DNA of 64,000 nucleotides from Polyangiaceae bacterium (GTDB lineage Bacteria; Myxococcota_A; Polyangia; Polyangiales; Polyangiaceae): NCBI GenBank assembly GCA_044224495.1, contig JBGAKG010000027.1, positions 93,521 to 157,520 of the forward strand, read 5' to 3'. Shown piece by piece: positions 1 to 10,286 of this stretch (position 1 is its first letter; each line of letters starts with the position of its first letter). The notes under the pieces were generated by a model. It saw only the letters and a program-made list of their open reading frames with translations, ran no database searches and was not told where the DNA came from. The position numbers and the translations under genes were made by a program.

Positions 1-10
1 CGAAGGAGCC

Positions 11-589
11 ATGAGCCTCTCGTCACCGCTCCGCGGCCCTCTCGTCTTCGCCCTCGGGGCCGCGCTGGGTTGCGCGTTCACCCTCTTCGTCACCGGCAAC
101 GGTCCGCGGGACGCGAACGCGGCAGTCACGGCGCCCGCGCTGGAAGCTCCGCGCGAGCCCGTCGGAGCCGCTGCCCCGATCGGGAACGGCGGTGGCCTCC
201 CGCACGCCGTCGGCACGGTCGTCGTCGACGAGGGCGGGTCCACCTACACGTGCACCAACGCCAAGGTCGAGGTCCTCGACCCGAGCTCTTCGAGCCCACG
301 CCTCGTGCTCGACGCGGACTGTCCGAACGGAAAGCGGCTCAACGTGGTGGCGCGTCCCCATCGGCTCCCGGGGAACGCACCGGTTCAAGTGGTGCGCTTC
401 GCGGACATCGGCTCGGGCGAGGAGTGGGCGGGAAGCGACGCGCGGTTGGACATCGGCAAGCTGGGCGACGTCGGCAACGAAGTCTCCGGCCAGCTCGACG
501 TCACCATGGCGCCGCGCCTGAACGAAGATCCGGTTCATGTGGTCGCGTACTTCCGCGCGACGCGGAGCCCGGATCGATCGTCGCCCTGA
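11..589 (+). CDS. hypothetical secreted/membrane-anchored protein
   Basis: GAAGGAG RBS directly upstream of ATG at 11; N-terminal hydrophobic segment; protein-like composition; convergent with next gene. Confidence 0.55.
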   Translation: MSLSSPLRGPLVFALGAALGCAFTLFVTGNGPRDANAAVTAPALEAPREPVGAAAPIGNGGGLPHAVGTVVVDEGGSTYTCTNAKVEVLDPSSSSPRLVLDADCPNGKRLNVVARPHRLPGNAPVQVVRFADIGSGEEWAGSDARLDIGKLGDVGNEVSGQLDVTMAPRLNEDPVHVVAYFRATRSPDRSSP

Positions 590-596
590 AGCCGCT

Positions 597-1439
597 TCAG
601 CGGCGGCGGCGACCGCGGAGCGAGATGACGCCCGCCAGCGGCGCCGGCTCCGGATCCCACGGCGGGAGCGCGAGCACCAAGCGCTCGATGACCGGCAGGC
701 CGTCGCGCAGCGCACGCTCGACGCGCAGCTCGTCGTAGGCTTTGTCGAACACGAGCAGCAGCACGTAGATCGCCGCGAAGCTCCGCGCGACGAAGCCGAA
801 GCCCTCGCTCCGCTCCATGTGGGCGAGGTGCGCACCGCGGTGGAGCTGGTCGAGGATCGGGAGCGCCCGCACCACGTCGACCGCGCGCTCGGAGAGCGGG
901 GAGCTCGTGTCGGGCGGCGGCTGCGAGATGCTGCCGTCGTCCTCTTCGTCGTCGTCGTGCACGCCGAGCGCCTCGATCAGGTTCCGGTGCGACTCCTGGA
1001 CGAGCTCGACGCGCTCGCGCGCCTTCGGCGAGAGCGGGATCACTTGCGCGCCCGGCTTGGCCCGAACGCCGAGGACCGCGCCCCACACGACCGGGGAGTG
1101 CGCGTCGATCACGATCGCGTCGATCGCCTGCGAGCGCGCCGCGAGCGCGCGAAGCTCTTCGCGGAGCGAGCGGGCGGACACGCGCTTCTTGGGCGTCTCG
1201 CCCTCGCGCGCGGTCTGGAACGCAATCGCGAGCATCTCGAGGCGGCGGCTCTTCGCCTCGCGGTCGGCCGGCGCGGTCGCAAAGCGGACGACGAGCTTTT
1301 CGCCCTCCCCGAAGCTGGTGGAGAGGACGGTGTCTTCGGCGACCGCTGGACCGGCGTTCACCACCGAGACCTCGGTGGCCTCCATCTCGCGGCGGACGAG
1401 CTCGAGGAACCGCGTCCGCGCAAGATCTTCGTCCATCAC
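597..1439 (-). CDS. hypothetical protein with acidic linker (possibly two roadblock-like halves)
   Basis: 280-aa ORF with non-repetitive protein-like sequence and a DDDEEDD linker; the overlapping Arg-rich ORFs in other frames are rejected. Confidence 0.5.
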   Translation of the reverse strand: MMDEDLARTRFLELVRREMEATEVSVVNAGPAVAEDTVLSTSFGEGEKLVVRFATAPADREAKSRRLEMLAIAFQTAREGETPKKRVSARSLREELRALAARSQAIDAIVIDAHSPVVWGAVLGVRAKPGAQVIPLSPKARERVELVQESHRNLIEALGVHDDDEEDDGSISQPPPDTSSPLSERAVDVVRALPILDQLHRGAHLAHMERSEGFGFVARSFAAIYVLLLVFDKAYDELRVERALRDGLPVIERLVLALPPWDPEPAPLAGVISLRGRRRR

Positions 1440-1497
1440 GCCGCCACGGTACCACAGGCGCGCCTGCGCGGAGCCGGGCTATGATGCCACTTCACGC

Positions 1498-2139
1498 ATG
1501 GCTCCTTCGCTCGCTGATCTCCGAGAGACCTACGGCCGCGCCGGCCTCGTCGAGGCAGACGCCGGCCCCGACCCCATCGCCCTCTTCGAGCGCTGGTTCG
1601 GGGAAGCGCGCGCCGCGGCCGTCCCCGAGCCGAACGCGATGACGCTCGCCACCGTCGACGACGACGGCACCCCCGACGCCCGCGCCGTCCTGCTCAAGGA
1701 GTTCGACGCGCGCGGCTTCGTGTTCTTCACCAACTACGGGAGCCGCAAGGCGCGGGACCTCGCCCGCCACCCCGTCGCCGCGCTGTGCTTCGCGTGGCTG
1801 CCCCTCGAGCGCCAGGTGCGGATCCGCGGGACGGTCGGCAAGGTCCCCCGCGAGGAGTCCGAGACCTACTTCCGCTCACGGCCCCGGGGCTCGCAGCTCG
1901 GCGCCTGGGCCTCCGAGCAGAGCGCTCCGCTCGACGGGCGAGCGCCGCTCGAGGCGCGGCTCGCCGAGCTCGAGGCCGAGTACGCCGGCCGCGAGGTCCC
2001 CGTCCCGCCGCACTGGGGCGGCTACCGCGTGACCCCGGCCAGCATCGAGTTCTGGCAGGGTAGACCGAATCGCCTCCACGATCGTCTGCGCTACCTGAAC
2101 AAAGGCGGAACATGGCGTCGCGAGCGACTGTCTCCCTGA
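1498..2139 (+). CDS. pdxH: pyridoxamine 5'-phosphate oxidase
   Basis: 213 aa; conserved C-terminal [17 protein letters not shown] signature and [12 protein letters not shown] region typical of PdxH; start located by codon count from track ORF 817..2139. Confidence 0.85.
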   Translation: MAPSLADLRETYGRAGLVEADAGPDPIALFERWFGEARAAAVPEPNAMTLATVDDDGTPDARAVLLKEFDARGFVFFTNYGSRKARDLARHPVAALCFAWLPLERQVRIRGTVGKVPREESETYFRSRPRGSQLGAWASEQSAPLDGRAPLEARLAELEAEYAGREVPVPPHWGGYRVTPASIEFWQGRPNRLHDRLRYLNKGGTWRRERLSP

Positions 2140-2141
2140 GC

Positions 2142-5100
2142 ATGCGGAAGGTCGCGAGTCTCGCCCTGCTGTTCGGCCTCGCGGCGTGCGCCTCGCACGC
2201 GGCGACACCGGCCGACCCGACGATGCTCGCCCTCGCTGCTCCGGCCAAGCCGCTCAAGGCGGGGGCCGGCGATCCGCACGTGGTCCCGGTCGAGTACGAC
2301 GCGGCGCACCGCTTCGGGTTCGAGGCCGGGCGCGGGCTCCGCACGATGACGGCGGGCGTCCGCATCTTGAACCTGCCCGGCGGGGGCGTGCTCGCGGCGT
2401 CGCAGGTCTTCGCACAACCGCCGTCGCAGACGATCTCCGTCCCGTCGCGCATGGGCGGCGGCTTCCTCTACGTCGTCGGCACCGTCGTCTGGCGCTCCGA
2501 CGATTGGCTCGGCCCCATTCGCCAGATCTACGCGTCGCCCACCACGATCACGCGCGTCTTCGTCGGGCTCGATCGCGCGTACGTGAAGACCGCGTCGAAC
2601 ACCCACCTCGCGTTCGATCCGAAGACGGGTGGCCCGCTCGACCTCGGCCCGTGGCCGCCCTCGCCGTTCGTCGGCGCCTACGCCGCACTCGACGGCTGGC
2701 GCGCCGTCGCGATCACGGACCTGCGCGGCGCCGTCGTCACGACGGATGCCGGGAGCACCTGGCGCCCGATCGCGATCGCAGGGCAGGTCCGCGACGCGCT
2801 CAACGTCGGCGACGGCGTCGTGATCACCGCCCTCGATCCCGCTCGCCAGAACGCCTACTACGCGCTCCAACCCGACGGAAACGTGACGAAGATCGCGGGG
2901 CCCACGCCCGATGGCGACGCGACCGAGGGCACCGACGACGCAGGGCGCGTCCTCGGCAAGCGCCCCGTCGTCGCCGCAGTCGAGGACGGTTGGCCGCTCG
3001 CCGACGGCACGGCGCTCGTCGCGCGCGACGGCACGCTCGCGCGCGTACGGCTCCGCGACGGCATCGTCGTCGAGGAGGTTCCCGGCGCCTATCCGCTCCG
3101 GCCGTCGCGTTGCCGCGCGGTACCGCTCGCGCGCCCGCGCGATCTGAGCGCGTTCGGCTTCGTGTGCGGCGAGCCGCGCGGCGCGACCGAGGTCTACGCG
3201 TGGGACGCGGCGGCCTCGCGCATGCGCCTCATCCGCCACTTCTCCAAGCCGCGCCAGATCTCGTCGCCCGGCAACGGGAACCTCCTCGTGAAGGGGCCCT
3301 GCGATCCCGAGGCGAGCGGCGACTCCGGCACTCGCGGGCACCAGGTCTACTGCATCGGCGACGCGGGCGAGGTCTTCCAGGAGCTCGACGTGAAGGGCGA
3401 CGTCGGCGCGGAGCGCGTCGTTCCCCTCGCCGACGGGCGCACCGTCATCATCTCGCCGCCGCAAGGCGACCTCGCGGGCGCGCGCATCACCGTGCTCGAC
3501 AAGGGGAAGGCCACGACCTACCCGATCGTCTTCACCCTCCGCGCCGCGGGCGGCGACGAAGACGGCGACATGCCCGACCAAGTCCTGCGCACGCTCCGGA
3601 GCGGCGTCTGGCTCGACGGGTTCGAGGAGCGGACCGCGGGCGCGCTCACGGGTTGGGTCGAAGACGGCGGCACGTACCTCGGGATCGATCTCCGCACCGA
3701 CGGCCACGCGAACTACGGGAAGTACATCCGCGATCTGGGGACGACGATGGTCTCCGGGCGCTACGCGCTCGCGTTCACCGGCGCGCGCCGCGGCTACGAG
3801 ACCGACGACGGCGGCATGACGTGGTCGCCGATCGACCTGCCCGATCCGCTCGACGTCCGTCATCGCGGCGCGCCGCTCGCGCGCGCGTGCGGTCCGGTCG
3901 GTTGCACGCTCGCCGGGTGGGCGCGGATCGGTTGGGGTCACCCTCCCGAAGAGGCGACGACGAACCAGGGCGCGGCGACGGCGCCCTACGCTTCGCGCCC
4001 GGCGGCGCCGTCCATCACGCTCTCGTGCGAGGTCTCGATCAAGGCGAAGGACGTCTCCGAGTCCACGTCGCCGAGCTACTCGTACACGCCCTACTACGGG
4101 TACGGCCGCGGCCCGACCGTGGCCACGCAGCGCTGGGATCCGTTCTTCGGGCTCACGCCTCCGAAGCTCGGCAACGACGAGCTCGGGTGGAGCGCTCCGG
4201 TGACGGCGGCCGGCGACCGCGGCAGCAACTCGACCGGCGTGCTCGTCGGCTCGCTCGGGCGCGTCTACGCGTGGGGCCCCAAGGGCATCGAGTGGGAGTC
4301 GAAGGGGCGCGCGTTCTACCGCTTCACCGGCCCGTTCGAGGCCTCGAACGTCGTCCACACGTCGCAGACCATCTCGACGCCCTCGCTGATCGGCGAGGCC
4401 ACGCCCTACGTCACGCTCGGCCAGGTCACGCGCCCGGTCGGGCTCTGGTCCATCTTCGCCGGCGACGACGCGACCCACGCGCTCCTGCTCGCGCGGCGGA
4501 ACCCGATGAACGGTGCGCCGCAGGACGTCGTCGCGATCGAGCTCGAGGCGGACCGGCCCCCGTTCGAGGTGCATCGCTCCGACGGAAGCAGTCTCGGGGA
4601 CATCGACTTCGCGGTGCGGATGCAGGGTCACTGGTACGTGGCCGCGACCAACGTCAACGACTTCGCCACGCTGTTCGTCTACGAGATCGAAGGCGGTCTC
4701 GCGCGCGAGCTCGCGCGCATCCCGCGCGCCGCGTACGACGGTCGCCCCGCCCAGGTCCGGCTCGCGCGGCGCGAAGGCGGTCGCGCGCTCGGCGTCGTCG
4801 TCGACGGCCAGGCGCAGGCCTACGGCGCTTCGTCGACGCAGTGGGTGCTCCCGATCGACATCGACAGCGGCGTCGTCGGCGAGCCGGAGCCGCTCGGCGC
4901 GGTGGACTTGGGTGGCAAGACGCTGACCGTGTGCAGCGGGCACGACAGCTCGTGGATCGTCGACGAGCGCTGGCCCGCGTCGTCGATCACGCTGCGCTTC
5001 GATCCGCCGGCAGGCAAGAAGGACGCATCGCCCGCGATCGTGCGCCCGTCGACGTCGAGCTTCCTCGCGCGCGTCCACCTCACGCGCGGGAGCGCGTGCA

Positions 5101-5240
5101 TCGAGAAGGGCTCCTTCGTGAACACGCTCCCGGAAGAGGCCTACCTCGCGAAGCTCCCGAAGGACACCCAGGGTCCGACCGCCGACATCGCCGTCGCGGG
5201 GAGCGGTGGCCGCAGCATGATCCGCTGCCTGAAGCCGTGA
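2142..5240 (+). CDS. large BNR/Asp-box repeat lipoprotein
   Basis: Lipobox LFGLAAC; Asp-box motifs TTDAGSTWRPI and ETDDGGMTWSPI; ~1030 aa; stop overlaps GTG start of the downstream GH43 gene. Confidence 0.7.
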   Translation: MRKVASLALLFGLAACASHAATPADPTMLALAAPAKPLKAGAGDPHVVPVEYDAAHRFGFEAGRGLRTMTAGVRILNLPGGGVLAASQVFAQPPSQTISVPSRMGGGFLYVVGTVVWRSDDWLGPIRQIYASPTTITRVFVGLDRAYVKTASNTHLAFDPKTGGPLDLGPWPPSPFVGAYAALDGWRAVAITDLRGAVVTTDAGSTWRPIAIAGQVRDALNVGDGVVITALDPARQNAYYALQPDGNVTKIAGPTPDGDATEGTDDAGRVLGKRPVVAAVEDGWPLADGTALVARDGTLARVRLRDGIVVEEVPGAYPLRPSRCRAVPLARPRDLSAFGFVCGEPRGATEVYAWDAAASRMRLIRHFSKPRQISSPGNGNLLVKGPCDPEASGDSGTRGHQVYCIGDAGEVFQELDVKGDVGAERVVPLADGRTVIISPPQGDLAGARITVLDKGKATTYPIVFTLRAAGGDEDGDMPDQVLRTLRSGVWLDGFEERTAGALTGWVEDGGTYLGIDLRTDGHANYGKYIRDLGTTMVSGRYALAFTGARRGYETDDGGMTWSPIDLPDPLDVRHRGAPLARACGPVGCTLAGWARIGWGHPPEEATTNQGAATAPYASRPAAPSITLSCEVSIKAKDVSESTSPSYSYTPYYGYGRGPTVATQRWDPFFGLTPPKLGNDELGWSAPVTAAGDRGSNSTGVLVGSLGRVYAWGPKGIEWESKGRAFYRFTGPFEASNVVHTSQTISTPSLIGEATPYVTLGQVTRPVGLWSIFAGDDATHALLLARRNPMNGAPQDVVAIELEADRPPFEVHRSDGSSLGDIDFAVRMQGHWYVAATNVNDFATLFVYEIEGGLARELARIPRAAYDGRPAQVRLARREGGRALGVVVDGQAQAYGASSTQWVLPIDIDSGVVGEPEPLGAVDLGGKTLTVCSGHDSSWIVDERWPASSITLRFDPPAGKKDASPAIVRPSTSSFLARVHLTRGSACIEKGSFVNTLPEEAYLAKLPKDTQGPTADIAVAGSGGRSMIRCLKP

Positions 5241-6727
5241 ACCGCGCCCGGTTCGCTCCGCTGCTCGTGCTCGTCATCGCCGCGTGCGGCGGGGGCGACG
5301 ACGCCGGGACGCTCCCCGACGGGGCCACGCCCGACGCGAGCGCAGGCGACGCGAAGGCAGGCGACGCTTCGAGCGACACCGGGACCGACGCGCTCGGGCC
5401 GTGTACGACGACGGTGAGCTACGGAGCCGCTTGGATCGCACCGCCGAATCACCCGGACGGCTTCGACGTCGCCCCAGGCGACGTCCGCTGGGACGGCACC
5501 TGCACCGACGACGGCGCGAGCTCGTTCGCACTCCTCTCGAACGGGTGGAAGCCTTACTTCCAAGGTCACTCCGCGTGCGCGATCGCGCTCGATCACCACG
5601 GCGCGTGCTCGAACGTGGGCACGTGCTCGACCCGCGTGAGCTACGGCAGCGCGTGGCTTCCTCCCCCGAACCACCCGGACCGCTTCGACGACGTCGCCGG
5701 CCGCGTCCACGGCGACGGCTTCTGCCACCCGAGCGGCGCGAGCTCTTCGGCGAAGCTCTCCAACGGCTGGGTGCCGACGTTCAGCGGCGCGAACGCGTGT
5801 GCGCTCTCGTTCCGGTGGCAGGAGTGCGGCGGGCTCTTCGAGAACCCGGTCATCCCGAGCGACTGCCCCGATCCGGGCGTGGTGAAGGACGGCGCGACCT
5901 ACGTCCTGACGTGCACCTCGGGCGGGGCCGCGGCGGCGTTCCCGCTCTGGGTCTCGACCGATCTCGTGCATTGGTCCGCCAAGGGCCACGTGTTCCCTCA
6001 AGGGAAGCGCCCGGCCTGGGCGACCGGCGACTTCTGGGCGCCCGAGCTCCATCAGGTCGGCACCGGATGGGTCGCCTACTACTCGGCGCGCGGCAAAGAC
6101 GGCGTGCTCGCCGTCGGCGCAGCGAGCGCTCCGAGCGCGCTCGGTCCCTACACCGACTTGGGCAAGGCGCTCGTGCACGATCCCAACATGGGATTGATCG
6201 ACGCGAGCGAGTTCACGAGCGGCGGAAAGAGCTGGCTCCTCTGGAAGGAAGACGGGAACGCCGTCGGCAAGCCCACTCCGATCCACGCTCAGGAGCTCGC
6301 GAGCGACGGCTTGTCCCTCAAAGGTACGATCGCGACCCTCATCACGAACGACCAACCGTGGGAGGGGTCGCTCGTCGAGGGCCCGTTCATGATCGAGCAC
6401 GGCGGCTCGTTCTATTTGTTCTACAGCGGCAACGGCTACGCGACCCCGAGCTACGCGATCGGCGTCGCCCGCGCGGCGAGCCCGCTCGGGCCGTTCACCA
6501 AGGCACCCGGCCCGGTCATGGTCACGAGCGCGAGCTTCGCAGGGCCGGGCCACTGCTCGGTGGTGGATGCGCCGGGCGGCGAGAGCGCGCTCGTCTACCA
6601 CGCGTGGGTCGCAGGCAAGATCCAGCAGCCGCCGGGCCGCGTCGTCCTCGTCGAGGACTTCGGCTGGGAAGCGGGTTGGCCGCTCCTTCCGCTCGGCCCT
6701 TCCCGCTCGTCGCGCGCGCTCCCCTGA
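5237..6727 (+). CDS. glycoside hydrolase family 43-like lipoprotein with duplicated N-terminal Cys module
   Basis: GTG start overlapping upstream TGA (GTGA); lipobox LVIAACGGG; two ~70-aa repeats (VSYGxAWxxPPNHPDxFD...LSNGW); C-terminal GH43-like five-bladed propeller sequence (FWAPELHQVGTGWVAYYS, EGPFMIEHGGSFYLFYSGNGY). Confidence 0.75.
   Translation: MNRARFAPLLVLVIAACGGGDDAGTLPDGATPDASAGDAKAGDASSDTGTDALGPCTTTVSYGAAWIAPPNHPDGFDVAPGDVRWDGTCTDDGASSFALLSNGWKPYFQGHSACAIALDHHGACSNVGTCSTRVSYGSAWLPPPNHPDRFDDVAGRVHGDGFCHPSGASSSAKLSNGWVPTFSGANACALSFRWQECGGLFENPVIPSDCPDPGVVKDGATYVLTCTSGGAAAAFPLWVSTDLVHWSAKGHVFPQGKRPAWATGDFWAPELHQVGTGWVAYYSARGKDGVLAVGAASAPSALGPYTDLGKALVHDPNMGLIDASEFTSGGKSWLLWKEDGNAVGKPTPIHAQELASDGLSLKGTIATLITNDQPWEGSLVEGPFMIEHGGSFYLFYSGNGYATPSYAIGVARAASPLGPFTKAPGPVMVTSASFAGPGHCSVVDAPGGESALVYHAWVAGKIQQPPGRVVLVEDFGWEAGWPLLPLGPSRSSRALP
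5395..5830 (+). repeat. tandem ~210-bp coding duplication (two Cys-containing modules at the GH43 N-terminus)
   Basis: Peptide repeats TTVSYGAAWIAPPNHPDGFD...LLSNGWKPYF and TRVSYGSAWLPPPNHPDRFD...KLSNGWVPTF. Confidence 0.5.
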
Positions 6728-7077
6728 TCGCGCGGCGTCTTTCGTGACGTCGAAAACCGGGCGAATGGGGCGATGTCGCCGTCGCGCGAACCTGGATGGC
6801 AGCGCGATCACGGTGATGTCGACGAGGCCGGCGGGCTGAGCAACTTCGTGGCCTCGGGGCAGGACGCCCCGACGCCGATCGTCGTGGATCGATTCGGCGC
6901 GCGCCGATCGCGGCGGCCGCGTGCGAGCTCGTCGTCCCCAACGTCACGGCGACCGCGATCGCCATGGACGACAAGGCGCTCTACTACGTCGACTCGAGCC
7001 CGAGCGGGGGCGTCTACAAACTCGTCCGTTGACCTCGGCCCGGACGCCGGCCCGGAATCGGGGTATCGTCCGCGCCG

Positions 7078-9108
7078 ATGTCGCTCCCCAAGAACGAGGC
7101 CGAAGGCGAAGCCGCCTACCGTGAGTCGGCGGTCAAAGAGGCTCCGAGCACGGATCCCGAGATCCGCTGGTTCCAGACCGTCTACCGGGGCGAGGTCCCG
7201 CAGTTCACGCTTCGCTCGTTCGTCGTCGGGAGCTTGCTCGGCGCGCTGATGGCGCTGTCGAACCTCTACGTCGGCCTCAAGACCGGCTGGGGCCTCGGCG
7301 TCGCGATCACCGCGTGCATCCTGTCCTTCGCCCTGTACTCCACGCTCGCGCGGATCCGGATCCGCCTCGGCGTCATCGGGCTCGTTTCGAGCCTGTTCCG
7401 CCTGCTCAACACGGTCACCAACGTGCCGGGCTTCGACAAGACGCCCGACGAAGCCAACCTCACCATCCTCGAGAACAACGCGATGCAGTCGACCGCGTCG
7501 TCCGCCGGTTACTCGACGGGCGGTGTGATGACGTCGGCGATGTGCGCGCTGCTGCTCGTGCAGGGGCACCACCTGCCGTGGCCCACGCTCATGGGGTGGA
7601 CGTTCTTCATGGCCGTCCTCGGCACGGTGATGGCGATCCCGATGAAGCGGCAGATGATCAACATCGAGCAGCTCAAGTTCCCCTCCGGCATCGCCGCCGC
7701 GGAGACGCTCAAGTCGCTCTACGGCAAGGGTGTCGAGGCCTCGCAGAAGGCGCGCTCGCTCTTCGCGGCGATGGGCGTCGGCGCCGTCGTCGCGTGGCTG
7801 CGCGATGCGCACGCCGCGGCGGGGCACAAGGTGCTCGCCGTCCTCACGAAGGCCTCCATCATCCCGTCGCTCACGCCCTTCCCCGGGAAGATGCGCGGGC
7901 TGAAGATGGGGAACTGGACCGTCGGCTTCGAGGGCTCGCTCATCATGATCGCGGCCGGGATGCTGATGGGTCTCCGCACGACGATCAGCATGCTCGTCGG
8001 GGCGACCATCAACTACCTCTTCGTCGCGCCGCGCGCGCTCGACGCAGGGGCGATCCACACGTCGACCAACAGCGAAGGCGTCACCACGCTCGGCTACCGC
8101 GCGATCGTCTCGTTCAGCTTGTGGCCGGGAGCCGCGCTGATGGTCACGTCGGGCTTGCTCACGTTCGCGCTCCAGTGGCGCACCGTCGTGCGCGCCTTCA
8201 GCGGCTTGGGCAAGGTCTTCAAGAAGGACGCCCCCCACGTCGTGAAGACCGAGGCCGACAAGGTCCGCGAGGCGATGGACAAGATCGAGGTCCCCATCTC
8301 GTGGTTCGGCGCCGGCATGGTCTTCTCGACCGTCGGACTCGTCACCCTCGGCGTCATCTACTTCGAGATCCGCCCGTGGCTCGGGGTGCTCGCGGTGATG
8401 CTCTCCTTCGTCCTCTCCATCGTCGCCTCGCGCGCGACCGGTGAGACGGACACCACGCCCGTCGGCGCGATGGGCAAGATCACGCAGCTCACGTACGGCA
8501 TCCTCGCCCCCGCGAACATCGTCACCAACCTGATGACGGCGAGCATCACGGCCGGAGCCGCGGGGAGCTCGGCGGACCTCCTCACCGACCTCAAGAGCGG
8601 TTACCTGCTCGGGGCGAACCCTCGGAAGCAGTTCCTGGCGCAGCTCTCGGGCACCATCGTCGGGACCCTCGTCGTCGTCCCGGCGTTCTACATGCTCGTG
8701 CCCACGCCCGACGCGCTCGGCACCGATCGCTTCCCGGCGCCGTCGGCGCAGGTCTGGAAGGGCGTCGCCGAGGTCCTCGCGAACGGCGTCGAGTCGCTCC
8801 ACCCCTGGGCGCGCAAGGGCATGCTCATCGGCGGCGCGATTGGGATCGTGCTCCCGCTCCTGGAGCTCGCGTTCCCGAAGCACAAGAAATACATCCCGTC
8901 GGCCATGGGCATCGGCCTGTCGCTCGTCATCCCCTGGTTCAACTCGTTCTCGATGTTCGTCGGGGCCGTCATCGCCTACCTCTGGGAGACGCGGAACAAG
9001 GAGCACGCCGACAAGTACGTCGTGGCCGTGGCGAGCGGGATCATCGCGGGAGAGAGCCTGCTCGGGGTCGCCGTCGCGCTCATGAGCGCCGGTGGGTGGC
9101 TGGAGTAG
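7078..9108 (+). CDS. OPT family oligopeptide transporter
   Basis: 676-aa polytopic membrane protein with N-terminal WFQTVYRGEVPQFTLRSFVVGSLLGALMALSNLYVGLKTGWG, characteristic of the OPT superfamily. Confidence 0.8.
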   Translation: MSLPKNEAEGEAAYRESAVKEAPSTDPEIRWFQTVYRGEVPQFTLRSFVVGSLLGALMALSNLYVGLKTGWGLGVAITACILSFALYSTLARIRIRLGVIGLVSSLFRLLNTVTNVPGFDKTPDEANLTILENNAMQSTASSAGYSTGGVMTSAMCALLLVQGHHLPWPTLMGWTFFMAVLGTVMAIPMKRQMINIEQLKFPSGIAAAETLKSLYGKGVEASQKARSLFAAMGVGAVVAWLRDAHAAAGHKVLAVLTKASIIPSLTPFPGKMRGLKMGNWTVGFEGSLIMIAAGMLMGLRTTISMLVGATINYLFVAPRALDAGAIHTSTNSEGVTTLGYRAIVSFSLWPGAALMVTSGLLTFALQWRTVVRAFSGLGKVFKKDAPHVVKTEADKVREAMDKIEVPISWFGAGMVFSTVGLVTLGVIYFEIRPWLGVLAVMLSFVLSIVASRATGETDTTPVGAMGKITQLTYGILAPANIVTNLMTASITAGAAGSSADLLTDLKSGYLLGANPRKQFLAQLSGTIVGTLVVVPAFYMLVPTPDALGTDRFPAPSAQVWKGVAEVLANGVESLHPWARKGMLIGGAIGIVLPLLELAFPKHKKYIPSAMGIGLSLVIPWFNSFSMFVGAVIAYLWETRNKEHADKYVVAVASGIIAGESLLGVAVALMSAGGWLE

Positions 9109-9160
9109 AAATCTTCACCCGTAACGTTGTTATCTCGACAGCCCCGTGTTAGGCGGTTGC

Positions 9161-10273
9161 ATGCGCAGCACGCTCCTCGCCCTCCCCGTTCTCGCGCTCG
9201 TCGCCTGCGGCAGCAGTGACGACACCGCGACCCCCGACGCGTCCGGGCTGGTCGACGCCTCCACCCCCGACACCGCGGCCGACACCGGGTTCTCCTTTCC
9301 CGATGCCCAGCTCGACGCGGCGCCTCCGTGCGTGGACACCAACACGACCCAGCCGCCGAAGCTCAACGCCGCGAGCGGCAAGCTCGTGGCCCCGTACGAC
9401 GTCGCCTACACCGCGTACGACCTCGGGCCCGTTCCGGGGATGGAAGGAACCCTGCTCGGCGGGTGCGCGGACAAGCCTGGAGATCCGAACACGCTCCTCG
9501 TGATCGCCGGCTCGGAGCGACCCGAGGGCGCCATCTGGGAGGTCGGCGTGAAGCGCGACGCGTGCGGACACATCGTCGGCTTCGTCGGCAAGGCGACGAA
9601 GGGGATCCCCGTGCCCTACGGCGACGCGAACCTCGTCGTGACGGGGAGCGGCAACATGTTGGTCCCGCAGTTCCCGGTCGCGACCCTCGCCCAAGTCGAT
9701 GCGACGCAGAAGAAGGTCGACGCGACGTGGAAGCTCGGGAGCCCGTTCCTCGCCTACGCCGGCGGGAGCTGGACGCCGGGCCACGAGAGCCTCGGCGGCC
9801 TGGCGTTCGTGCCTTCGACGATCGTGAGTGGGACCGAGCTCCGCGGCGTCGGCTACCCGCTCGGGAATTGGGTCCACATCGACATCAAGAAGAACGTCAA
9901 CGATCCGAAGCTCTACGACTACGTCGGGATCACCAAGACGAACATCAACCTGACCAACGGTCCGGGCGGCGTGGCGTACGTGCCCGCGGGCTCACCCGGC
10001 TTCACGAAGCCCGCGGTGCTCGTCGCCGAGTGGCTCGTCGGAACGCCGCCTCCGCTGACGACCGGCGTTCGCCAGGTCGCGGCCTACGACGTCGACGCGA
10101 ACGGGGATCCCATCGTCGCGACGCGGCGCGAGTTCCTGGCGCAGTTCGATCGCCCGTGGGGTGCGCACTTCGAGGCGAGCACCGGCGACTATCTCTTCCT
10201 GCAGTGGGCGAACAACCCGGACCACATGATCCAAGTCCGGGGCTTCGCGAAGCCGCCGCCGCCGCCCAACTGA
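9161..10273 (+). CDS. hypothetical lipoprotein
   Basis: Signal peptide with lipobox LALVACGSS; C-terminal PPPPPN tail; protein-like composition. Confidence 0.6.
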   Translation: MRSTLLALPVLALVACGSSDDTATPDASGLVDASTPDTAADTGFSFPDAQLDAAPPCVDTNTTQPPKLNAASGKLVAPYDVAYTAYDLGPVPGMEGTLLGGCADKPGDPNTLLVIAGSERPEGAIWEVGVKRDACGHIVGFVGKATKGIPVPYGDANLVVTGSGNMLVPQFPVATLAQVDATQKKVDATWKLGSPFLAYAGGSWTPGHESLGGLAFVPSTIVSGTELRGVGYPLGNWVHIDIKKNVNDPKLYDYVGITKTNINLTNGPGGVAYVPAGSPGFTKPAVLVAEWLVGTPPPLTTGVRQVAAYDVDANGDPIVATRREFLAQFDRPWGAHFEASTGDYLFLQWANNPDHMIQVRGFAKPPPPPN

Positions 10274-10286
10274 GGCGGCGTCGTCC

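Noticed and set aside
23-1484. Several long ORFs (23..835 -, 70..738 +, 535..1455 -, 537..1484 +) overlapping the first two genes
   Set aside because: Extremely Arg/Ala/Pro-rich low-complexity translations typical of off-frame reading of 70% GC DNA. The alternative frames give normal protein-like sequence.
2091-5078. 995-aa antisense ORF opposite the BNR lipoprotein gene
   Set aside because: Arg/Asp/Ala-dominated with no domain features. The sense strand encodes a convincing lipoprotein with Asp-box motifs.
2186-6727. 1513-aa + strand ORF spanning both the BNR and GH43 genes
   Set aside because: The first ~1000 residues are an off-frame Arg-rich reading of the BNR gene. Only the portion from GTG 5237 is coding.
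5141-6811. 556-aa antisense ORF opposite GH43
   Set aside because: Low-complexity Arg/Ala-rich. Sense strand has clear GH43-like sequence.
6808-9006. 732-aa antisense ORF opposite the OPT transporter
   Set aside because: Arg/Asp/Glu-rich shadow ORF. The sense strand gives a canonical polytopic OPT protein.
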